64,000 bases of DNA from positions 70,590 through 134,589 of the forward strand of contig JBHGNT010000068.1 of the NCBI GenBank assembly GCA_043228905.1, given 5' to 3'. Positions 1 to 8,200 of the stretch are shown here, in pieces. A model generated the notes under the pieces. It did not search any database and was not told the origin of the DNA. It saw nothing but the letters and a program-made list of their open reading frames with translations. The position numbers and the translations under genes were made by a program. Every line of letters begins with the position of its first letter. Position 1 is the stretch's first letter. This stretch comes from Azolla caroliniana (lineage: Eukaryota; Plantae; Polypodiophyta).

Positions 1-430
1 GTCACCGTCGCCGTCGTCTGCAGCCGCTGCAACCGTCGCCGTCTGCTCTCTCTCTCTCTCTCTCTCTCTCGCTTCCTCGTCTCTCTTTGCCGTTGCTGTC
101 GCCGTCGCTGCCGTTATCTGCGGCCGTCACCGTCTGCCACCGTCTGCAGCCGTCTTCTACAGTCTGCAGTCTTTTGTCGTCTGCTGCTGTCGTCTGTCGT
201 CTGTTGCCGTCGTCTATCGTCGTTTGACGACTGCCACCGTCACGAGGTGTTTTCTTCTCCGTTTTCTCTTGATGTGGTGAAGTGCCTTTTTCTTGACGAG
301 TTCGTAGGTGGGTTCTTTTGGTGTGCTCGTCGCGTGCTACAAAATGCCGATGTGATTGCGACACACACACAAACTCGGCTAAGTCTCGAACCCATTTTAT
401 TTTACCTTTTTTTTTCTTATTGACACCACA

Positions 431-1243
431 ATGACGTCTAGACGGACTAAGGAACTTAAGGATATACAAGACGAGGCTATAAGTAAGGAGGACTTTTTAG
501 ATATGTTTAATCGTTTAACAAAAATAGAGATGGATATGAAAAAATGGGTGAAAGACACCGAAACCCACAAGAAAAAAGATAGAGAGGAAAAAGACACCCT
601 CAAGGCCGAAATAGAACAACTTAAAGTAGAAAACATCGACCTTAAAAAACAACTTAAGGACATCGAGGTATCTCGAGAAGACGGTGAAATATCCTCTATA
701 GAGGATATAAAGGACGAAATTAAAAAAGTTAAAGAGGAAGTTAATAATAACATAGAGTTAGCTAAAACGGGTTGGGTAGATGTGGTTAAAAGAAACATTA
801 AAAAAGAAATAAAAGATGAAAATATTGTTAATACCACCCTTGAAGAAGAGAAAATGCGTCAGGCCCGACGCTTAAATGTATGTGTCACTGGGCTCAAGGA
901 AGGTGCATCCCCAAATGAGGACGCACAAACACTTGGGAAAATGTTAGGGTACACAGAGGCCCTACCTATCACCAAAGCATGGAGGGCCGGGCGTGACACA
1001 ACTAGGAAGAGAGCCTTAGTCCTTCAATTTAAAGACTTAGACTCTAGAATCACTTTCTTTAAGAAGAGACCAATCCTTCGAGGAATGGATGGGGACCCCA
1101 TCTATCTCGATGAAGACCTCACTAAGATGCAAATTGAGCATCGCAAGAGTTGTATGCCACGAGTTATGCAAGCTCGTAAAGAAGGCCATCGCGCCTTTTA
1201 CCGAGACGGGCGAGTGATCATAAATGATCGCACTACTAACTGA
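431..1243 (+). CDS. LINE ORF1 protein (coiled coil plus RRM/CTD-like region)
   Basis: 270-aa ORF with an N-terminal K/E-rich coiled coil, then the motifs RRLNVCVTGLKE, RALVLQF and IYLDEDLT typical of ORF1p of APE LINEs. Confidence 0.8.
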   Translation: MTSRRTKELKDIQDEAISKEDFLDMFNRLTKIEMDMKKWVKDTETHKKKDREEKDTLKAEIEQLKVENIDLKKQLKDIEVSREDGEISSIEDIKDEIKKVKEEVNNNIELAKTGWVDVVKRNIKKEIKDENIVNTTLEEEKMRQARRLNVCVTGLKEGASPNEDAQTLGKMLGYTEALPITKAWRAGRDTTRKRALVLQFKDLDSRITFFKKRPILRGMDGDPIYLDEDLTKMQIEHRKSCMPRVMQARKEGHRAFYRDGRVIINDRTTN

Positions 1244-2266
1244 CGGCGTGTGGCCCATGTGACAGAAAATGCACTTAGGATGACCCTATGGAATTGTAAT
1301 GGCGCACTCTGGGCACACCCCGGCCGCCTAGAGGAGATACTAAAGGTATCTGATATACTCTTCTTGGTAGAAACACATCAGAGCCCAAATAGAGGACTCC
1401 CACGGGTCAAAGGATTCCGTTGGGAGTCCGCTTTTAGACAAACCTCACGTCGACACACTACTAGGGGATCTGGAGGTGCCGCGATACTATTTCGTAGAGA
1501 GCTACATAATAGGATAGAAATAATGAAGATAGACCCAGAAGCTCGTTTTATGTGGGTGAAAGTCTCCACAAGCAAAGACCATGCAGTATTTTTCGCCATT
1601 TGTTACTTTCCCCCAAAAGGATCCCGTTATAATATTAGTGGCTTGACGAGATTAGTCGATGAAGGAATGCCACATGGGCCTTCTCCATACGAACCCCTAT
1701 CGGATGACATAATCCGATATTCTTCCCAAGGAGAAGTATTTCTTGTAGGAGACTTCAATGCGAGAACCCAATCCAGACAATGCACAGTATTTCAGATGAA
1801 TAGAAACCTAGAAATGGTAAATGTTGATCCTTTAGACATAGGCACCACACGTAGATCAAAGGATCAAGGTGCGGACGCCACGAGCTTTGGCCATCACCTG
1901 CTCGAACTTGGCAGTCGGCACCAGATGGTCATATATAATGGTTTAGCTAAGTGGCCGGGCTCGGAAGAGCTCACATGTTTCCCACATGGAGGAGGGGAAA
2001 GCACAGTTGACTATCTAATAGGGCGCCCTGAAGCTACCCACATGATTAACTCCTTCCGAGTGGCCCCATGCCCTATTGGCGCAGACCATAGTTTCTTATA
2101 CTTCGAGCTAAAATGTGATATCTCTAAGGTCACCAAGTCCAGTCAACCATGCCATCACACCACAATACATTTCACACATGAGCTCTCTGACATATACTCT
2201 CAACATGTTCAGGCCCATCTCCCCTCCATTGATCCCTCCCTACCGTTAGAAAGCCTTAGTACAAAA
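1244..2266 (+). CDS. LINE ORF2 N-terminal apurinic-type endonuclease domain, truncated by the copia insertion
   Basis: Motifs LWNCNG, LFLVETH, GSGGAAI, VGDFNAR, STVDY and ADH. In frame with ORF1. The coding sequence switches to LTR sequence at 2267. Confidence 0.9.
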
Positions 2267-2564
2267 TGTTGGAGACAAAGGCGTCTGTGCGGAAGATCAA
2301 GAAGCATTCGATTGCTGTTGAATACCTGCGTATGACAGTTTGTAGGTCGTTGCACAGAGAGAGAGAGACAGAGAGACAGAGAGGCACAAAAGACTTTCTT
2401 ATTCCATAAAGCAATAATACAACAACAAAAAAAAAACATTTACAAAAAGGTTACAAGGTCACTATATATAGTGACCGACTTAGGGCAACTACCCTTTATG
2501 CTAATTACATAAATGGCCAAAACGGGATAGTGTGAATACGTCCATTATACACATGTATTCGACA
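2267..2564 (-). repeat. 3' LTR of copia-1
   Basis: TGTTGGAGAC...ATTCGACA on plus. About 4 substitutions versus 7445-7742, counted by eye. Confidence 0.95.
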
Positions 2565-2757
2565 CTCCCCCGTAATGGGCGTATACATGGGTTATCTAAG
2601 ATTACAGGTATAGACTTAGGTTCTCGGACATATCAGCTTTGTTCGAGTCGGCAGGGTCCAAAGGCAGAAGACCGAACTGGTCGGGTCGGAACAGTTGAAG
2701 CCGATCATTAAGGAACTGATGTCGGTTGTCGGGAACCATCCTGCTCTGTGTCCGGCT

Positions 2758-5700
2758 CTAACCGGACTGGTTTGTCGTTACGCCCATCTGATGCCGAAGA
2801 GACCGAAAACGGTCTGCCGAAAGACACTTGGTCATTCCATCTGCGACATTGTCGGTTGTGGATATTTTCTCTAGACCGATTTTCCCTGAAATGACGCAGT
2901 CCCGAACGAAGTGATATCGAACGTCGATATGTTTGGAGGCGTTGTGGTGAACCGGATTTTTCGACAAGGCAACAGCACCTTGACTGTCGCTGTAGACAAC
3001 TGGAGCCGAGTCATGGTCGACTTGTCGAAACGTGTGCGCCAGCCGACCGAGCCACAAAGCTTCTTTTGCTGCGTCGGACGCAGCTACATATTCTGCTTCG
3101 GTCGTTGAGGTCGCTGTGCACTCCTGAAGTTTCGACTTCCACGAGATTGCTCCATTGCCGAATTTGAAGCAGTATCCGGTTGTTGATTTCCGACTGTCTA
3201 TACAGCCGGCGAAGTCCGAGTCGGTGTAACCGACTACGCCTGAGGTTCGGTTCGGACCGAAAAGAATGCCGTGGTCTTTTGTGCCAGCCAGATATCTGAA
3301 CACATGCTTGACTGCGTTCCAATGCGATCGGCCAGGATTGTGCATAAATCTGCTAACGACTCCTACGGCGTGAGAAATATCAGGCCGTGTCGCGACCATC
3401 AGGTACATAAGGGAGCCGACTGCCGGTGCATACGGTACCGACTTCATATCTTCCCCCTCCGGACCGGATGTCGGGCAGTCTCGCTGAGAGAGCCGAAGAT
3501 TCATGGGGAGCGGGGTTGAAGCAGATTTGGCTGATTGCATGTTGAAGCGTTCTAAGACACGTCGGGTATAGTCGGTCTGAGACAAAAAAAGATGTCGTTT
3601 ATCGCGATGCCGACTAATCTTCATGCCAAGGATGTGTCGTGCCGGACCGAGGTCCTTCATGGCAAACTTCAACCGCAGTTGTCGAATGAGATCGGCAAGT
3701 TCGCCCGCGTGGCGTCCAGAAATTAGCATGTCGTCCACGTAAATGATGAGGAAGATGGGTGATCCATCTTGAGCTGTGTTGGTAAAGAGACAATGGTCCT
3801 CATCGCTTTTTAAGAAGCCGATCGATTGGATGAAGTCGTCGAACTTCTTGTACCATTGTCGCGGTGCCTGTTTGAGGCCGTATAGACTCTTCCTGAGTCG
3901 GCAGACTAGATGTTCTTGGCCGGTTGCCACGAAGCCTTTTGGCTGCTCCATATAAATTTCCTCGTCAAGATCACCATGGAGGAATGCTGTTTTGACATCT
4001 AGCTGAATCAGCTCCAAGTTGTCGGCTGCCACTACGCCGAGTAGAAAACGAAGGGTTGTCATTTTCACCACTGGTGAAAAAATCTCGTCGAAGTCGACGC
4101 CATATTCTTGTCGGAAGCCCTTCGCAACTAATCTGGCCTTGTACTTTGGGGTGGTCGAATCAGACGTCTCTTTTAGTCGATAAACCCACTTGCAAGGAAG
4201 AGCACGTCGGTTCCTAGGTAATTCGACCAGATCCCAAGTCTTGTTTGCCCGAATGGAGTGCATTTCCGACTCCATCGCCAGATGCCAGGTGGCGGAATCG
4301 ACAGATGTCGATGCTTCTTCGTAAGACGTCGGTTCGCCGGCGTCGGTGAAGAAAATTCCAGGAGAATACCTCTCCGGAGGTTGCGACAGTCTCTCGGATC
4401 GGCGAGGTAAGATTGGACTGGTCGCATCGGGTATCAAGGCCGGATGGTCCGAAAGCGGATTGTTCTGCTGTGCCGAGTCGGGGTTGTCCGAGTCGGTAGT
4501 GTAAGGTTCAGCTACCCGTGAAGCTGACCGTGTGTTGAGAGCAGGGCCTTCTTGAAGGGTCGGCACATCGGAAAATGTTACCCTTCGGACTTCGATCGGT
4601 TTTTCGACTAATGGATTCATAGCCGACTCGTTGAACACAACGTCCGAACTTCGAACGATTTGTCTGCGTTCGGGGTCCCAGAGTCGGTATCCCATTTCGC
4701 CGTCGGATCCATATCCAAGGAAAATGCATTTCCTGGACCGAGGTGCAAGTTTTCGGCGATCATCTTTCGGAATAAGGGCGTACGCCTCGCATCCGAAGAT
4801 CCTCAGCTTGTCGTAATTCGGCTTACTGCCGATCCATAGTTCCTGAGGAATTTGAAGTCCTAGAGGTCTACTTGGCGACATATTGATTATGTGTACTGCC
4901 GTGAGTAGAGCCTCTGCCCAGAAGCCATCCGACAGTCCGGAGTGTTGGAGCATGGAAACTATCCGTTCTTGGATTGTCCGATTCATGCGTTCGGCAATCC
5001 CGTTTTGCTCCGGACTGTGTGGTGCCGTAAATTCACGTCGGATGCCGCGTTGTCGGCAGAATTTGACGAATTCTTCGGATTTAAACTCTCCCCCATTGTC
5101 TGTCCGAAAGCATTTCAGCTTTCGGTCGGTTTGATTTTCTACCATAGCGAGCCAATCGGTGAAGATCGAGAAGACCCGATCTTTGGTGCGAATTGGATAA
5201 GCCCACACCTTTCGAGTCGAATCGTCAATAAAAGTGACGAAGTAAGAGGCACCGCCGAGAGACTGATGCGGCATTGGGCCACAGACGTCCGAGTGGACCA
5301 AATCGAGAGGTCTCGTTTCTCTTGGTGCTGATGTCGGGTGTGATGCGGCTGCTTGTTTGCCATACTGGCAATGCTCGCAGAATTGATGGTCCGAGAAGGA
5401 GAGTTTGGGGATGTATCCGGCTCTAGATAGGTGCGTGATGCCGGCCTTGCTGAGGTGTCCTAATCTTCGGTGCCATAGTGATGACACAGGAATATCCACC
5501 AAAAACAGGTTACCCTCTCTGAGCGTAACATGTAACGGATACAGGGAGTGTATCTTGGGTCCTCTAGCAAGCAGGAGGTTCCCCCTGTGGAGTGTCCACC
5601 CTCCCGAAGAAAAACCGGCACGAATGCCGTCTTCATCTAGTTGTCCGACTGAGATCAATGGCCTTGAGAGCTCGGGTACATGTCGGACATTGTGGAGTAC

Positions 5701-6771
5701 AAGTGTAGAGCCACCTGCAAGGTTGAGCTCTACTGTGCCGATTCCGATGATGTCACAGTGTTGTGAGTTGCCGACTCGAACTGAGTCGGAGTGACGGATC
5801 GTATATTGCCGAAATTGGGATCGATGAGGAGTCACGTGAAATGACGCGCCCGAATCTAAGAGCCATGTGCTCGATTCTTCAGTCGTGAGTAGAACTTCTG
5901 ATCCGACTGGATTTTCGATTGATAGTATATTCGGGTCGTCCGGTAGTACATCAGCTGAGAAGCTGACGTAATTGATCTCCTCATGCCGGCCACTCTTCTT
6001 GTTGTTCTTGTTCTTGAGTGCGCGGCAGTCGGCTTTGATGTGTCCGAGTTTCTTGCAATAGTTGCAGATTCGGTTATCCCGTGACTGGCTCCGTCTTCGC
6101 TGATTGTTCGGCGGCCGTGAGGAATCTCTTCCTCGTATGTTCGATCGGTCTGTCGAACCTTGTACTACGTAAGCGTCGTCTGTTGAGTCTTTGGCGAAAG
6201 ACTTTCTCCGAGCTGCTTCGGTCAGGATTGCGCTCGTGACTTCGGAGTATTTAACAGCCGTGGTTGACGCGTTGCACACGGTTGTGACGAAAGTTTCCCA
6301 TGATGAGGGAAGGCTGCTCATGAGTATCATTGCTCTGAGTTCATCCTCGATCGCCGTCCCCTGTGACGAGATTTGGGAGCTTATGCTTTCGTACTCATTG
6401 AGGTGTGCTTGAACCAAATCGGATTCTTTCATCCGCAAGTTGTAGAGGCGCCGGATCAGAAACATCTTCGTTGCGGCGACCTTCTTTTCGTAAGTGTCCG
6501 ACAGTGTTTTCCACAGTTCGAATGCTGTCGTACACGATTGCACCGTAAAGTATACCGATTCCGATAGGTGCATCCGAATCGTGGCGCGGACAATTCTGTC
6601 CAGCTTCTGCCACTCAATTGGTTTGTATCCTTCTGGAGGTTCTTCATTTTCGATGGGATCGATTTGCCCCTTGACTATGAGATAGTCCTGCATTTGTTCC
6701 TTCCAGAAGTTGAAGTTCGATCCATCGAACTTTCGTAGACTCATTTCTGACGAGCCGGATGTTGATGCCAT
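2758..6771 (-). CDS. Copia gag-pol polyprotein (gag, CCHC, protease, integrase, RT, RNase H)
   Basis: CNYCKKLGHIKADC zinc knuckle, WLLDSGAS protease, WHRRLGH...CEHC and D,D,E integrase, KARLVAKG, QLDVKTAFL and YVDD RT, SKHIDVRYHF RNase H. Copia domain order with no stops. First ATG at 6771. Confidence 0.97.
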   Translation of the reverse strand: MASTSGSSEMSLRKFDGSNFNFWKEQMQDYLIVKGQIDPIENEEPPEGYKPIEWQKLDRIVRATIRMHLSESVYFTVQSCTTAFELWKTLSDTYEKKVAATKMFLIRRLYNLRMKESDLVQAHLNEYESISSQISSQGTAIEDELRAMILMSSLPSSWETFVTTVCNASTTAVKYSEVTSAILTEAARRKSFAKDSTDDAYVVQGSTDRSNIRGRDSSRPPNNQRRRSQSRDNRICNYCKKLGHIKADCRALKNKNNKKSGRHEEINYVSFSADVLPDDPNILSIENPVGSEVLLTTEESSTWLLDSGASFHVTPHRSQFRQYTIRHSDSVRVGNSQHCDIIGIGTVELNLAGGSTLVLHNVRHVPELSRPLISVGQLDEDGIRAGFSSGGWTLHRGNLLLARGPKIHSLYPLHVTLREGNLFLVDIPVSSLWHRRLGHLSKAGITHLSRAGYIPKLSFSDHQFCEHCQYGKQAAASHPTSAPRETRPLDLVHSDVCGPMPHQSLGGASYFVTFIDDSTRKVWAYPIRTKDRVFSIFTDWLAMVENQTDRKLKCFRTDNGGEFKSEEFVKFCRQRGIRREFTAPHSPEQNGIAERMNRTIQERIVSMLQHSGLSDGFWAEALLTAVHIINMSPSRPLGLQIPQELWIGSKPNYDKLRIFGCEAYALIPKDDRRKLAPRSRKCIFLGYGSDGEMGYRLWDPERRQIVRSSDVVFNESAMNPLVEKPIEVRRVTFSDVPTLQEGPALNTRSASRVAEPYTTDSDNPDSAQQNNPLSDHPALIPDATSPILPRRSERLSQPPERYSPGIFFTDAGEPTSYEEASTSVDSATWHLAMESEMHSIRANKTWDLVELPRNRRALPCKWVYRLKETSDSTTPKYKARLVAKGFRQEYGVDFDEIFSPVVKMTTLRFLLGVVAADNLELIQLDVKTAFLHGDLDEEIYMEQPKGFVATGQEHLVCRLRKSLYGLKQAPRQWYKKFDDFIQSIGFLKSDEDHCLFTNTAQDGSPIFLIIYVDDMLISGRHAGELADLIRQLRLKFAMKDLGPARHILGMKISRHRDKRHLFLSQTDYTRRVLERFNMQSAKSASTPLPMNLRLSQRDCPTSGPEGEDMKSVPYAPAVGSLMYLMVATRPDISHAVGVVSRFMHNPGRSHWNAVKHVFRYLAGTKDHGILFGPNRTSGVVGYTDSDFAGCIDSRKSTTGYCFKFGNGAISWKSKLQECTATSTTEAEYVAASDAAKEALWLGRLAHTFRQVDHDSAPVVYSDSQGAVALSKNPVHHNASKHIDVRYHFVRDCVISGKIGLEKISTTDNVADGMTKCLSADRFRSLRHQMGVTTNQSG

Positions 6772-7444
6772 CAAATTTGGTTTCGGTTGACGAAGCTCGG
6801 TTCGGAGTTGACTACGAGCCTTGTTGGAGTGCAGCCGGTTGGCTCACCCGATATCGCTCTAGTCGGATTTGAACCCGAGTCGGTTCGGCTTCGGAACTTG
6901 CTCGAATTGACTCCGGTAGCTTGAGGGACAGAACCGACTGGTCTTCCCGAATGTTGCCGAGTCGGAGTGAGCCCGGTTCGCTTCGGATATATATGCCGAA
7001 TACCGATTATTGAAACCGATTATCTGGACCGATTCTGCTTCGGTTGACTGCAGCAACGAGAGAGACGGATCCGACTGATCCTCCCGAATGTCGATCAGCC
7101 AGATGAAGCACGAATTTGGGGTTGTTGTCTTGAGACCGATCTGCACCGAGTGGTTACAACGAGCGGCGAGCAGCGTTTGATGACCTCTTCGGATGCCGTT
7201 TAACCGAATGGAGCACGATCGTGTCAAAGTTGCACAAGGGGATTTCACCTCGAGCGGTTACGATCACAAGGAACGGAGTACAACCTGCTGGCTTACTCCA
7301 AGCAAAGATGATCTAACGCGATGAGATGCAGGCCTCGTTTTTCTTCTTCTTCTCTCTTTTTCGAATGACGCAGGAAACCGAATGCTGAGACGACGGCCGA
7401 CAGCGGATTGAAGGACCGACTACTGTGCAGGCTCTGATACCAGA

Positions 7445-7742
7445 TGTTGGAGACAAAGTCGTCTGTGCGGAAGATCAAGAAGCATTCGATTGCTGTTGAA
7501 TACCTGCGTATGACAGTTTGTAGGTCGTTGCACAGAGAGAGAGAGAGAGAGAGACAGAGAGGCACAAAAGACTTTCTTATTCCATAAAGCAATAATACAA
7601 CAACCAAAAAAAAACCTTTACAAAAAGGTTACAAGGTCACTATATATAGTGACCGACTTAGGGCAACTACCCTTTATGCTAATTACATAAATGGCCAAAA
7701 CGGGATAGTGTGAATACGTCCATTATACACATGTATTCGACA
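7445..7742 (-). repeat. 5' LTR of copia-1
   Basis: Direct repeat of 2267-2564, adjacent to the PBS. Confidence 0.95.
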
Positions 7743-7744
7743 CA

Positions 7745-8200
7745 ACCTATGCCGAGATAAGGGCAAAATACCAAGACATACTTGGTCCATCTCCCACCCT
7801 CCCCAAACTATTAGATACTCTAGATATAAAGAAATTAGGCAAATACATTCTAGAGCTAAAACAACACAGAGAGAATAAATTACAAAATGTTGACAATAAT
7901 GTTGCTAATGATCACGAACATGTAACAAATGCAGTTTTTCAGGAACCTGAGGAGACAACGAATGCCGACACACTTGCACCACTCGGCCTTTCCATTGATG
8001 AGGCAAAAAACCAGAGAAGAACCAGACGTCCTCGGGTGCCGGGTTTCAAAGCAACTCGACGTGATGTGGAAGCAATATTGAAAATAAGGGAACGTGAGCT
8101 ACACCGCCTAGAAGCCATGGCTAGGGCACTCTCTACATTGGAACCCACATCAAGACCCTTTGACCCCCCACTTCTTTTCGAGAGGCTTGGGTGGAAATAA
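7745..8200 (+). pseudogene. C-terminal remnant of LINE ORF2
   Basis: Open frame translated by hand: TYAEIRAKYQDILGPSPTLPKLLDTLDIKKLGKYILELKQHRE...LLFERLGWK*. It resembles the segment directly after the C-terminal CCHC (CPxYxxIR) of APE-LINE ORF2 and is followed by the LINE 3' UTR and tail. Confidence 0.7.

Larger units (their letters stand above)
2267..7742 (-). mobile_element. Full-length Ty1/copia LTR retrotransposon with intact gag-pol
   Basis: Two 298-bp TG...CA LTRs (2267-2564 and 7445-7742), tRNA-iMet PBS (TGGTATCAGAGC on minus, 7431-7442), PPT next to the 3' LTR (about 2565-2574) and a single 1338-aa ORF. Confidence 0.97.

Noticed and set aside
2-469. 155-aa minus-strand ORF
   Set aside because: Antisense reading of the low-complexity LINE leader and (CT)n tract, with no domain features.
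2267-2335. C-terminal tail of the 361-aa ORF (CWRQRRLCG...)
   Set aside because: Read-through into LTR sequence, not LINE coding sequence.
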